From positions 1 to 64,000 of the IMG/VR virus record IMGVR_UViG_3300037488_003551: 64,000 nucleotides of DNA. One strand, written 5' to 3'. The notes below the pieces were generated by a model. The model ran no database searches, was not told where the DNA came from, and saw only the letters and a list, made by a program, of their open reading frames with translations. Positions 54,454-63,997 of this stretch are shown piece after piece; the first letter of the stretch is position 1, and the number at the start of each line of letters is the position of its first letter. A program made the translations under genes and the position numbers. This DNA is from a virus.

Positions 54454-55686
54454 ATGAAACTTCATCATCCGGAGAGCCTTATGCTGAAATACGGCGAGGC
54501 TCTACAGCGTGTCGAGAAACTTTATAAAGGTCCTACTTATATGAGTACGGGTCTAATGGCTGAGGTGATAAATCTTACGCCGCTATCCGTGTATTTTATC
54601 CCACCTGTCCGAGACGTTTTAAAAGACTCGGATAACCCAGCTTCTTTTCTACTGCTCAAAGAAGATGGCCGACTCAGCGAACTGCTTGAGGGAGTAAGGG
54701 ACACGTTTAAAAACTTTGGGAGTATGCCTGAGTCTATTCTAGCGGAAGAAATCATGACGGCATTGAAATACACGCACTCGTATCTCGTGTGGTCTATGAA
54801 TGGGTCACGCCTTTATGAAGTGCACCCGGACTTAGCGTGGGCGTTACAGCGCACGGAGCTTCAAGATTTCCCTACGGAAGATTTGCAACTACCCTGCAAC
54901 GCTCTGTATCTGGAGCTCCCACCGACGCTCTATATCCCGAACCGTATTACGGGTGACCATCCCACCGCGGGTGCTTTTATCATGGAGGAACTCCTCGATG
55001 ATATACGCACTTGGAGAATTGTTTTAACGGGTGGACCCAATGAATCTTCGGAAAGTAAGGACTACGTAAAGAAATATGGAAGTGACGACGCCCTTTTTCA
55101 TTACTGGATAGACTTCAGTCAAAAGACCGTGCAGGAGTGTATCGCGGCGCAATTGGAAACAACGCGCACTGGCAGCGAGCGTACGTGTCACTGGAAAGGT
55201 AAATCATACCATGCTATCTCCCCCAAATACATAGACGACGGTCCCGCTTTTGAGGACCTCCGTAAAACGCTGACAAGCACATTCCAGTACATCATGAACT
55301 GCGTCATTTACTCTACGACTGCAGAATCTGATGTCTGGTTTTATGAGGCCTCAAAAGAATACCGCGACCTCAAAGACCGGGCGATGAAAGCGAAGGGTGA
55401 CAAGCGCAAGCGTTTGTTCGCAGAGCTCAAGAACGTGTCGTCGCACACTCGGTATGTCATGGGCAGCCGCACGGTCATCGACCGCAAGCGCACCAAGGAA
55501 GCGAGCGTCGAGGGCGAGGGCCGCAAGCTCACCAAGGGCGGGCTCGTCGCCGGCCACTGGCAGAGGTACTGGGTAGGTGAAGGGCGTAAAACATGCGTAC
55601 GAAAACTGAGACTCCCCTTCTGGCGTGGGCCAGGGGAAGAATTCGTGCCGGCTGAAGAGGGTCGGCATGTGACAAAACTTAAGTAA
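54454..55686 (+). CDS. Conserved-type phage hypothetical protein with C-terminal GHW motif
   Basis: VAGHWQRYWVGEGR...PFWRGP; strong SD. Confidence 0.6.
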   Translation: MKLHHPESLMLKYGEALQRVEKLYKGPTYMSTGLMAEVINLTPLSVYFIPPVRDVLKDSDNPASFLLLKEDGRLSELLEGVRDTFKNFGSMPESILAEEIMTALKYTHSYLVWSMNGSRLYEVHPDLAWALQRTELQDFPTEDLQLPCNALYLELPPTLYIPNRITGDHPTAGAFIMEELLDDIRTWRIVLTGGPNESSESKDYVKKYGSDDALFHYWIDFSQKTVQECIAAQLETTRTGSERTCHWKGKSYHAISPKYIDDGPAFEDLRKTLTSTFQYIMNCVIYSTTAESDVWFYEASKEYRDLKDRAMKAKGDKRKRLFAELKNVSSHTRYVMGSRTVIDRKRTKEASVEGEGRKLTKGGLVAGHWQRYWVGEGRKTCVRKLRLPFWRGPGEEFVPAEEGRHVTKLK

Positions 55687-55769
55687 TTAGCGGTATAAGA
55701 AAAAGTCTTTCTGGGGGATTTTTAAATCAAGCGAATAAACCAAGTCAGACCCAACCAAGAAAAAGGAGA

Positions 55770-56042
55770 GTGATGATGGTCCACGAAGCAGTGAAGTGGG
55801 AGACGGAGAGCTTTGGGCGGAAAATCTTAACTGAAACAGTTATGGAAGGTGGACAGGTATTACGAACGCAATCACTGCGCGTGCGTAAACATCCGACGTC
55901 AAATGGGATTAGATTTGTTGCCCTTTTGACGACTGACTTTGATGCATATGACGGATTTACAGGTTTTGTCTGTCCTTTTTGTGGGAGCACGGAGAGGACA
56001 AATTGTTGTCAGTGTGCCAACTGTGGAGTGACGCGATGGTAA
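55770..56042 (+). CDS. Hypothetical Zn-finger protein
   Basis: CPFC..CANC; GGTATAAGAA at 55692 upstream. Confidence 0.5.
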   Translation: MMMVHEAVKWETESFGRKILTETVMEGGQVLRTQSLRVRKHPTSNGIRFVALLTTDFDAYDGFTGFVCPFCGSTERTNCCQCANCGVTRW

Positions 56043-56350
56043 CGTTGAAAAGGATTGAAGATAACGCGGCACGGCTCGAGAAGATTTGGCCGGGGCGAAA
56101 AACCTTCGCGGCGATAACAGTTGCGGAGGTCCTTGAAATCAAGTATGCGGACGTCATCGCCATGGTCCGCGCTGGCGCCTTCCCTGCCTGGAAGGAGAGC
56201 GGCACCTGGTCTATCCCCATGTGGGAGCAAGGGTGCCCTCTTGAGTGGGCACAGAACAGGCGCTATGATACGTCCCGTCGGTACCAGGGTGGAAAGGTGC
56301 CATTTGACAAGCTCTTCGCGGAGCTAGTGGATGTGACCGATGGGATATAG
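56036..56350 (+). CDS. Excisionase-like (MerR-type HTH) DNA-binding protein
   Basis: TVAEVLEI....V...VRAGAFPAWK.SGTWSIP. Confidence 0.55.
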   Translation: MVTLKRIEDNAARLEKIWPGRKTFAAITVAEVLEIKYADVIAMVRAGAFPAWKESGTWSIPMWEQGCPLEWAQNRRYDTSRRYQGGKVPFDKLFAELVDVTDGI

Positions 56351-56501
56351 AAGCCAAGTAGCCATCGTCATCAAAGACGACGCATTCCAAGAAGCGCTTT
56401 TGAAAGAGGGCGTGGATCTTCAGGAAGAAGTACGTAAGTGTCTGGAACAATATACGGACGAGACCATACACTACGAGTGTAAACTCACGTACAGCCACTA
56501 G
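56340..56501 (+). CDS. Small hypothetical protein (MGYRSQVAIVI...), possibly truncated
   Basis: 53-aa ORF not in track; overlaps the previous gene end. Confidence 0.4.
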   Translation: MGYRSQVAIVIKDDAFQEALLKEGVDLQEEVRKCLEQYTDETIHYECKLTYSH

Positions 56502-56725
56502 GATTCGTAGGCTAGGGGGACTCGACATCCCTTAGCTTACACTTTCAAAATGGAAACACCTTTACAAGAAACTCTTGGGATACTTCAGCGCACTGCACAG
56601 GCGCTTAACACTATTTATTGGACGGAGTTACAAGAAAATCGTCCGCCCTCTCTTAAATACCGAGAGGCGTTAAAGAGGCTCCGAATGCGCATCTATAATC
56701 TACAAAAATCCTTGGGAGTGATCGC

Positions 56726-57268
56726 ATGAAGTTGGAAAATCAAATCGAAAACTACCTTAAAGCCGAGCCGACCAAGCGGTATTCGACAGAGGATATTACT
56801 GTTCGGTTTGGACGGAATAGAAAGGTTACAGCCGTCCTGCAGAAAATACGCGCAGGGTACATGCCGTACCTTTACTTTTCAAAAGAGCGGACACCTAAAG
56901 GAACCGGCCTTCGTTTTGAGTATTACTATATACCCGAAGGATTTGAGCCCCTGCCTAAAATCCTTACGTTCCGGGAGCTTATTGAAAAAGGATATTTGCA
57001 AGAGGCCAATCGTCTCTTTTTTAACACACTGGGTTTGAGCTTAGCTATCGCAAGCGAGGATGCGCCTAGCCTTATCGTTTATGACTTCAGAGATTCTTTA
57101 CACGGGGTTATGTTCAGCCCTGAAGTTACTTGCAATCCGAAGTTTAAAGAGCGAGTTGAGTATGTTGCGTTTGAGCGCGAAACAAAAAGGCTTGTACGTC
57201 AGACGTTGAGCAAGTTTAGTATAGGAGATGGTTCTAAGAGGTCACATAAACAAAAACAATCCAGGTGA
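56726..57268 (+). CDS. Hypothetical protein
   Basis: GGAG SD; GYLQEANRLFFNTLGLSL segment. Confidence 0.55.
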   Translation: MKLENQIENYLKAEPTKRYSTEDITVRFGRNRKVTAVLQKIRAGYMPYLYFSKERTPKGTGLRFEYYYIPEGFEPLPKILTFRELIEKGYLQEANRLFFNTLGLSLAIASEDAPSLIVYDFRDSLHGVMFSPEVTCNPKFKERVEYVAFERETKRLVRQTLSKFSIGDGSKRSHKQKQSR

Positions 57269-57280
57269 AAGAGGTTCAAT

Positions 57281-57553
57281 ATGAGTTGGGAAAAACTGGG
57301 TAAAGTAGAAACAGCTGGAATCCTAGGGGCTGCCACTGGATATGGAGTTGTTTCTTATTCGGGTCTGACAGCGGCAGGAATGATGGGTAAAAATTTTGGG
57401 ATAGGGTGCTCAGCTGGCCTCGTTGGAGCGGGCGCTGGAGCAGTTCTTGGAGTATCACTCTACGCATTAGGGGACGTAATTATGGACCTATTCGAAACAC
57501 CAAAGGAAACTCCCTTCGAACGGTGTCTGCGTGAAATGCGGAGAACCTATTAG
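57281..57553 (+). CDS. Small glycine-zipper membrane protein
   Basis: GLVGAGAGAVLG; GAGGT SD. Confidence 0.55.
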   Translation: MSWEKLGKVETAGILGAATGYGVVSYSGLTAAGMMGKNFGIGCSAGLVGAGAGAVLGVSLYALGDVIMDLFETPKETPFERCLREMRRTY

Positions 57554-58015
57554 ATGAAATTTGTAGTACGCATTCAAAAGTCTTCGGTTACTTTTGCGGA
57601 AGTAATAGTAGATGCAGAAAGCAAAGAGGACGCTCGGGGTAAAGCTGAAGCGGACGTAAATTTAAGCCTTCTTCGTTGGATGAGTCCCGAGACTCTAATC
57701 GAAATAATAGGGATCGATGAAGTCGAGACTCCTAAAGAACCTCTGTGTCCTCATTGCGGCGCTCAAAACTTCCGAGAATTACAAACCGTCTATGAAGCCC
57801 AAAAGGTTTCATGGAATGCGGATGGAAATTTCTTAGAGTATGGTAATGTGGAATTCCAGGAGATGGAATCCGTAACAGGTATTGAGTGCGCGTCTTGCGG
57901 CAAGGACCTTGGTGAGGATTTCTTCCAGCCGTGGCATCAAGGTAAGACGCGCAGTGAGATATACGGCGAACACGAAACAACGAACAACACGAAAGGAGAA
58001 GACCAGCATGACTGA
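57554..58015 (+). CDS. Hypothetical Zn-ribbon protein
   Basis: CPHCG...CASCG. Confidence 0.55.
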   Translation: MKFVVRIQKSSVTFAEVIVDAESKEDARGKAEADVNLSLLRWMSPETLIEIIGIDEVETPKEPLCPHCGAQNFRELQTVYEAQKVSWNADGNFLEYGNVEFQEMESVTGIECASCGKDLGEDFFQPWHQGKTRSEIYGEHETTNNTKGEDQHD

Positions 58016-58319
58016 GATCCAGAAACTGGTTAAGGGTGAGAAGACGGCCTTACCAGTCGCGTTGATTGGCGGCAGCGGAGCCGGATGGGTGACCGCGGAC
58101 CCCGCTGTAGACGGCCTTTTGGTGATCCCCAAGTGTGGGGTAGGAGCTGTAATCCTGTCCGAATCGGACTTAGCAGACTTTGGATACGTCAAACGGAGGA
58201 ATCAGAAACGTGCCAGTGTACCAAGTCCAGAGGACAGTTCGCCGAAATCAAAAGGCGCGCGTAAACGCAAGCAACGCGACGGAAGCTCAGCTAGTAGCGG
58301 AGGACCTTCCGGACAATAA
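58008..58319 (+). CDS. Hypothetical protein
   Basis: AAGGAG SD before ATG 58008. Confidence 0.45.
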   Translation: MTEIQKLVKGEKTALPVALIGGSGAGWVTADPAVDGLLVIPKCGVGAVILSESDLADFGYVKRRNQKRASVPSPEDSSPKSKGARKRKQRDGSSASSGGPSGQ

Positions 58320-58528
58320 GTGGATAGCATTTGATCTCGCCAGGACCTTGCCAAGGACCCCACCACTTCCGTTCGGAACTGACCCCACGCTCCCGTTTTA
58401 AGGTCACCAAGCTCTGTTCTCAGTTGATAAACTGAAAAACGAACACGTTTTACTTTGAAGGTGGGGCTTCGGCCCTGCCTCAAATTTTGCTCATAAAGTC
58501 GGTATAAGAGCATGATGTATTTTGAAGG

Positions 58529-58819
58529 ATGTTTTTAACAGACGAGAAAGGAGCTTCAATGCTTGAAGTAAAACACGGCTCAAAAATACGAACCTGGGGC
58601 GGATGGTATCGGCACGACGAAGTCTTTTTGGATGGGAGGTGCATCGGGCGGTTTCAGATAAGACTCCGAAATAAGCGAATAGATTCGACGACCTGCCACG
58701 ATGCAACCTCTTCCGGTGTGCTTGGAAGTAATTTACAATGGCTTATCCGCACGGAGGAGTCATGGCAAATTACCAAGCAAGTACCGTCTGCCCACTTTGC
58801 CAATATACGAAGCATTTAA
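58529..58819 (+). CDS. Hypothetical protein
   Basis: GGTATAAGA at 58501 upstream; SD present. Confidence 0.45.
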   Translation: MFLTDEKGASMLEVKHGSKIRTWGGWYRHDEVFLDGRCIGRFQIRLRNKRIDSTTCHDATSSGVLGSNLQWLIRTEESWQITKQVPSAHFANIRSI

Positions 58820-58946
58820 CGTACGATGAAGCTTGTAAGCTCGTGTCCCAATCAATTCGGTATCGAGATGTCTCGGTTGCTTGTACAGCCTGCACCTGGT
58901 CATTCTCAGCAAAAAACAACATCGTTTTTAGAGAGGAGAACAATCC

Positions 58947-59267
58947 ATGCCACGCTCTAAGCGCGAAAACCAAATACGACACGCGCGAAAGCGTGCCCAT
59001 CAGCGGTTCGGTTTAAACGCCACACATATCCAACAAATCGAAGAGGACATCCGAAATCAGAAGTGCCAGCTCCTCGAACGCCAGTCGAACATCCGTACGG
59101 CTTGGTACGTTGAAATCGAGGAGCTCGAAATCGTCGCTGTATACGACAGCCGGCGAAACGTTGTCGTAACCCTAATACCGTACGAATGGTGGAAAGCAGG
59201 ACATGCAGGTACGAGTACGTCTGTGCGCGAAAGGACACCGATAGTCCAGTTCTTATCAACCCCCTAG
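58947..59267 (+). CDS. RelE-like/DUF4258-like fold protein (possible RNase)
   Basis: HARKRAHQRFG...IVAVYD....VVTLIP. Confidence 0.5.
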   Translation: MPRSKRENQIRHARKRAHQRFGLNATHIQQIEEDIRNQKCQLLERQSNIRTAWYVEIEELEIVAVYDSRRNVVVTLIPYEWWKAGHAGTSTSVRERTPIVQFLSTP

Positions 59268-59437
59268 CGGTGTGGGCTGAGAACCCCCGGGAGGCCGCTA
59301 AGCTCTATGGGAGAATGACCAAAGTGGGAGAGAGTGGGATGACCGTGTGCGTGGAGCGGGAAGGGCGGTCTGTTAAGTTCCACGTGTACCTAGAGTGCGT
59401 CCCCGAAATCTGCGTGAGATTTTTGTCTGCTTCGTAA
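59186..59437 (+). CDS. Hypothetical protein
   Basis: 83-aa ORF. Confidence 0.4.
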   Translation: MVESRTCRYEYVCARKDTDSPVLINPLAVWAENPREAAKLYGRMTKVGESGMTVCVEREGRSVKFHVYLECVPEICVRFLSAS

Positions 59438-59462
59438 TAGACACTGGACATGGAGAAAAAAT

Positions 59463-60188
59463 ATGACGTCTAAATTAAAAAAAGTAGAACCCCCGCTGGA
59501 ACCAGATGGGATTAGTGCTGATTATTTAGCTAAGTTTTGCCACATTTCACCTGCTTGGTTAGGTGCATTCTTTGTGCGTATCGGCTTACCTATTAGTGAG
59601 AGTGGAATATTTGATCCTCAAGACCTATGGCGACGCATAGACCGTAGGATACCTAAAGAACCAGTGTCTAATGCCTACGAGAAACTCTTAGGAGAACGAG
59701 ATTTAAAAATAATTGAAAAGCCTAAAAGCAAACCAGAAAATAATATAGAAAAAAAGAAAAAAATAAAGAGTACCCAACAGAGCAATATAGACATTAAGTT
59801 TAGTCCTATTGCGCTATTACGTATTTCTGCTTTAGAACTTTTCAATAAGCATAGTATCAAAGCTAAGTGGAGAGGTACTTCGCAATCCCAAAAATATTCC
59901 GTATTAAATACATCATTACAAGATGGACATATTATAAGTGTTGCAGTACGCGCATCACGAACAAGTTTGGATAAAAATTCGTTCATTTTAACAGCGCCAT
60001 TTTTTCCGTGGTATTGTTTTATAATTAATACGCCTAATTGTGTCATATTAAAAAGTTTAGATGAACTTATCCCAAGGGTAGATACTCTACATAAAAGGAC
60101 AAAAAGTATTACTATCCATGCAGCAGAGAGTAAATCGTTCGAAGACCAACTTGAATTCCTCAAACAAGACTTACAAAGAAAAGGATGA
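59463..60188 (+). CDS. AT-rich hypothetical protein, paralog 1 (N-terminal HTH-like)
   Basis: Shares LR..AL.LF and TAPF..WYC.I with 60210-60830. Confidence 0.6.
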   Translation: MTSKLKKVEPPLEPDGISADYLAKFCHISPAWLGAFFVRIGLPISESGIFDPQDLWRRIDRRIPKEPVSNAYEKLLGERDLKIIEKPKSKPENNIEKKKKIKSTQQSNIDIKFSPIALLRISALELFNKHSIKAKWRGTSQSQKYSVLNTSLQDGHIISVAVRASRTSLDKNSFILTAPFFPWYCFIINTPNCVILKSLDELIPRVDTLHKRTKSITIHAAESKSFEDQLEFLKQDLQRKG

Positions 60189-60209
60189 CCCAATAACAAG
60201 GAGGTTAGA

Positions 60210-60830
60210 ATGGGAAAAATAGACCTAAAAACGTTTGCAGATTCTTGTGGAGTTTCCGTATTGGAACTGGGGCACGTGTTCGGGTCTATGGGACTAAGCC
60301 TCAATTTCAAAGACGAAAGCTTTGAGGGGGAAGCTCTGTGGGAAAGATTAAAAAAATTAGATACGAAATCTAAAATAAAGGTTCCTACACCTAACGCAAG
60401 CGAAACGCCTACTAGAAAAGCTTATAAATACAATAGTCATCGTCCAGTTTTAGACTTACGTAAACAAGCATTAAACCTTTTTATCGATAATAACTTTAAT
60501 GTTGAATGGAATCGCCTAAGTGGGAATCGCCTCTTCACGTCATTACGTGTTACATCAACAACTGGAAAATATATTGATGTTGGTGTTGGTACGACAACAC
60601 ATAGTAAGCCCTCTTACAACTTTTCAGTAACTGCACCTTTCTATTCCTGGTATTGTTTAATATTAACCTCAATGGAGAAAGTGCATCTGCGCAAGAAAGA
60701 CAGCTTTGCAACTATTAAATACCAGAACAAAAAAAAGTCAACTGCTAGCTTAAATACTAATATAAATCAAACAGAGTTTCTCTTCTTAAATCAGATAGAA
60801 GTATTCCGAGAAGAATTAGAAAGTCTGTGA
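60210..60830 (+). CDS. AT-rich hypothetical protein, paralog 2
   Basis: AAGGAGGT SD; paralog of 59463-60188. Confidence 0.6.
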   Translation: MGKIDLKTFADSCGVSVLELGHVFGSMGLSLNFKDESFEGEALWERLKKLDTKSKIKVPTPNASETPTRKAYKYNSHRPVLDLRKQALNLFIDNNFNVEWNRLSGNRLFTSLRVTSTTGKYIDVGVGTTTHSKPSYNFSVTAPFYSWYCLILTSMEKVHLRKKDSFATIKYQNKKKSTASLNTNINQTEFLFLNQIEVFREELESL

Positions 60831-60850
60831 CTCTCCTGGAGGATTAAGAT

Positions 60851-61246
60851 ATGAACCCCTGGGGTAACTCTAAAACCGACAAACTTCTCAAGTGGGTAAA
60901 CACGGTATATCAACCCCGCGTACAAGCTTTTCCACTAGAAGAGTTTATAAAGCAAATCACACCTTTTGGGGGACGAACGCATTCGCGCTCTAGAAACTAT
61001 TGGGCGTTCGAGACACTGGAAGCTCGTGCTTTCTGGGAAGAAGAAGTCGAAAAGCGTTTTGGGTTATTAACCATAAGTGCTTCGAACGTGTACGAAGTTG
61101 GTAGTCCGATAGCTGGATATTTCCGTATCGCATATCAACCCGACCTCATCTACGCCTTGACACTTGGGAAAAATAATGCGCTTAAGAAACAACTTATTGA
61201 CCTACGAAGAAAGGACAAGAAGTATGGGCAAAGAAGAAAAGCTTGA
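60851..61246 (+). CDS. Hypothetical protein
   Basis: GGAGG SD. Confidence 0.5.
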   Translation: MNPWGNSKTDKLLKWVNTVYQPRVQAFPLEEFIKQITPFGGRTHSRSRNYWAFETLEARAFWEEEVEKRFGLLTISASNVYEVGSPIAGYFRIAYQPDLIYALTLGKNNALKKQLIDLRRKDKKYGQRRKA

Positions 61247-61469
61247 GCTCGAAGTACTCCAGCATATGCTCGGGAACAATCAGCGAAATGGCTTAACACC
61301 TGGCTGGCGTAATTGTTTCTGCGCTGGCCTGGAAGGAAAAGACTATGATACCCTTTTGCGGCTGGAAAAGAAGGGTCTCGTGCGCGGAGATCCCACTATC
61401 AACGACGGCGCGAACCAATATTGGTTTGCGACTCCAGAAGGGATTAAGCTTGGATGCCAACCCCTGTAG
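61224..61469 (+). CDS. Small winged-helix-like hypothetical protein
   Basis: LQHMLG...WRN.F.A...L.RLEKKGLV...ATPEG. Confidence 0.5.
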   Translation: MGKEEKLELEVLQHMLGNNQRNGLTPGWRNCFCAGLEGKDYDTLLRLEKKGLVRGDPTINDGANQYWFATPEGIKLGCQPL

Positions 61470-61867
61470 AGATTCTTCGAGAAGCAGTGAGGAAATCAAA
61501 CATGTTCTCATACGGAATATACCCGAGGCCCACGCGCCAGGCACGCTTAAATGACGGCAAGCTCTCCCTCTGCGATGAGAGGGGAGCGCTTCTTAAAGCC
61601 GTACGGTGTGGCAATATCGATCAGCGATGTCACGAAGATTGCGCCTGGTTTTCCGCCCCTAAAACCTCGGAATACTTTTTCTGCTTCGGGATGCCTATCG
61701 CGCTCATCTGGAGTGAAGATTCGACTGTGCGAATCGCAAAGGAACAGATAGAGTACGACCTGCGTTTGGAGCAGCTCGCGGAGGCTCAGCGCAAGGCCCG
61801 AAAAGAGAACTTCAAATCGTCAACCAATCCGCGTAAAAAGACCAAGCCGAAAAAGGAGCCAGCATGA
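61454..61867 (+). CDS. Hypothetical protein
   Basis: Coupled ORF; CHEDCAWF motif. Confidence 0.5.
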   Translation: MPTPVEILREAVRKSNMFSYGIYPRPTRQARLNDGKLSLCDERGALLKAVRCGNIDQRCHEDCAWFSAPKTSEYFFCFGMPIALIWSEDSTVRIAKEQIEYDLRLEQLAEAQRKARKENFKSSTNPRKKTKPKKEPA

Positions 61868-62424
61868 CCGAGACCGTTCTTTGGGGATGGGAGCAACACA
61901 ACGATAATACCTGTCATGGCACTTTCGAGTCGCGGGAAGAGGCTATCGAAGACGCTTTGGAGCATCTCCACCCGAGAGAAAAACGCACCATCACAATCGG
62001 GCACATCAAGGAGCTCGAAGCCGCGGACTATGTCTGCGTCGATTCCGCTGTGATGCTGGAACAGGCCGCCCAAGAATGCTGGGATGAGTTCAACTATGAA
62101 GGGGACCGCCCCTTCGATTTTGTGAGCACCGAAATCATCCCCGAGGCCGTGCAAGAGCTCCACAAGTTCATACGAGAGTGGGCTGGTAAGTACCTCTATA
62201 ACGTTGATGGGTTCTATATCCTGGAGGACACAGAGACCGTGGAGCTCGTTGCAAAAGAGAGGTTCGGGAATGAAGACGGAGATGCCGATGGAGACGACGA
62301 CGGAGACGACGACGACGACGATTATGACGACTCCGAAGACGACGAAGACTCCGATGAAGAAGATGAAGGGGAAGACGAGGACGAGGAAGAAGACGAGGGG
62401 AAGAAAGAGGGGGTAGTTAATTGA
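61864..62424 (+). CDS. Highly acidic protein with D/E tail
   Basis: AAGGAG SD; FESREEAIEDA; ~45-residue D/E tract. Confidence 0.6.
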   Translation: MTETVLWGWEQHNDNTCHGTFESREEAIEDALEHLHPREKRTITIGHIKELEAADYVCVDSAVMLEQAAQECWDEFNYEGDRPFDFVSTEIIPEAVQELHKFIREWAGKYLYNVDGFYILEDTETVELVAKERFGNEDGDADGDDDGDDDDDDYDDSEDDEDSDEEDEGEDEDEEEDEGKKEGVVN

Positions 62425-62481
62425 GTAATACACTTATCGTAGGAGCAAAAAAAGGGCTTACGCCCTAGGAAGGTGGGAGCT

Positions 62482-62664
62482 CTACTTGGGGTGCTTACGC
62501 AGAACGGAGAGTTGGTCATCTTTCGCAGTGACCTCTAGGACTTGTAATACCTTTACGGTATCATAGTGTCCCGCTTTCTTGGCGTCCTTGAACGCCTTCA
62601 TGGTGTCATACATCCATGAACCAATCTTTGTTCCATCCCAATCCACAACTAGAATTTTTCTCAT
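62482..62664 (-). CDS. Small hypothetical protein
   Basis: AAGGAG SD and TTGGTATAAGAA (62710-62721, minus strand) upstream. Confidence 0.55.
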   Translation of the reverse strand: MRKILVVDWDGTKIGSWMYDTMKAFKDAKKAGHYDTVKVLQVLEVTAKDDQLSVLRKHPK

Positions 62665-62976
62665 AACGTTCTCCTTAGTTTGACTCGAAGCAATTTACCT
62701 CGAATCCTATTCTTATACCAATAAATTGAATTGATTTTTTTAAAGGAGCTGTATATTATCGAAGAGAACGCCCCATTCTTTTTGGCCGACTGGTAAGGCA
62801 AAATCCGCGCGGTTATCAATCTCAGTTCAAATCTGGGCGAAGAGTGGGTCGTTCTCTTTTTTAGTGTCAGATTCTCCATGTCCTTCTCGTTATAAACTCG
62901 AGTGTTTTTTGGGTACAAGTATATAAGCAGAACTCAAATGGGTTGGGTCTCTGCCTAATAACCAAGTCGCGCCCAT

Positions 62977-63333
62977 ATGAGGGTGCGCAAGGAGGTTCAC
63001 ATAAAAAAAGTATCCCGAGAAGAGCTTTGTCATGATGGTCTTTGGGGGCGAGCTCAAGGTCAGGGTAAGGAATGGGTCGGGCAAAGCTGGTATAGAATAC
63101 CGGCTCTAGATGACGAACCTGTAGAGGTGCGTCGGCTGGGGCTGCCAGATCCCCCCCGGCCCAAGAATTTCGGATATGCCTTGCTCCACCTGGAGTGGGC
63201 GGACGTTCGTGGCGGGGCGAAAGTCTCGCTGCACTTCTACCTTCCGAGAATCCCAGGGAGGTTTGAGGCGCGGCGCGAAAGCGCGCTGCGCATCTACATT
63301 CGCGGAATCATGTTCGGGTGGACACGCGCGTAA
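62977..63333 (+). CDS. Hypothetical protein
   Basis: Downstream of TTTTGGGTACAAG (62907-62919); start uncertain. Confidence 0.4.
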   Translation: MRVRKEVHIKKVSREELCHDGLWGRAQGQGKEWVGQSWYRIPALDDEPVEVRRLGLPDPPRPKNFGYALLHLEWADVRGGAKVSLHFYLPRIPGRFEARRESALRIYIRGIMFGWTRA

Positions 63334-63530
63334 TGTTTTCAACAGCGTCCTACGGGGCGCAGAAGAGGAATGTTATGGAAGAGAAAATGGGATTTGCTGT
63401 CGTTTACGACTGCGGGGTATGGGTACCCTACCTCTGCACTCGGCGGGAGGAACTTCTGTACTCAAACCAGAGTGGATGGTTCGAGAGCCAAACTGAGGCT
63501 CAAGAACACGCTAACCAATTAAACCGTTAA
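63318..63530 (+). CDS. Small hypothetical protein
   Basis: WFESQTEAQEHANQLN C-terminus; true start probably the internal ATG. Confidence 0.45.
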   Translation: MDTRVMFSTASYGAQKRNVMEEKMGFAVVYDCGVWVPYLCTRREELLYSNQSGWFESQTEAQEHANQLNR

Positions 63531-63535
63531 GCCCT

Positions 63536-63934
63536 ATGGGGCAGAAAGGCTCTACTATGACTATCTGGAAAGAGGCGGTTGAGGCCCCTGAGCTCCCCCG
63601 ACTCGGGGCTTACCCTGAGTCACCCCTCGAGGCGGAGGACAACGCGGCGAGGGCGAAAGCCCAAGCTGCCGTTTGGGCTATAGAGAAAAAACTCCGTGAG
63701 GCCCAGGTCGAACTGGCCCGAGCTCAGGCAGCGATGCCTGAGTATTGGGTAGAGCGGAGAGGGAACTGTGGAGGCGCCCACACCCACGGGGCTTGGTGCT
63801 ACACCAGCCACGTGCGGTTCTCTGTTCCACCGGCAGGGGTAAAGACCTACCCCGACCGGTTATGCGCCGAGCGCGCCGCTGTGCGCGCCGACGCCCAGTC
63901 CTCCAAGGACTGGCAGGACTTCCTGGCCTGCTAA
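63536..63934 (+). CDS. Hypothetical protein
   Basis: 132-aa ORF followed by a terminator. Confidence 0.5.
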   Translation: MGQKGSTMTIWKEAVEAPELPRLGAYPESPLEAEDNAARAKAQAAVWAIEKKLREAQVELARAQAAMPEYWVERRGNCGGAHTHGAWCYTSHVRFSVPPAGVKTYPDRLCAERAAVRADAQSSKDWQDFLAC

Positions 63935-63951
63935 GTTCCTGCGCCTTTCCT

Positions 63952-63997
63952 AGAAAGCCCCACCTCCACTCCTAACGGAGGGTCGGGGCTTTCTTTT
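63952..63997 (+). terminator. Rho-independent terminator
   Basis: AGAAAGCCCC...GGGGCTTTCT followed by TTT. Confidence 0.75.
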
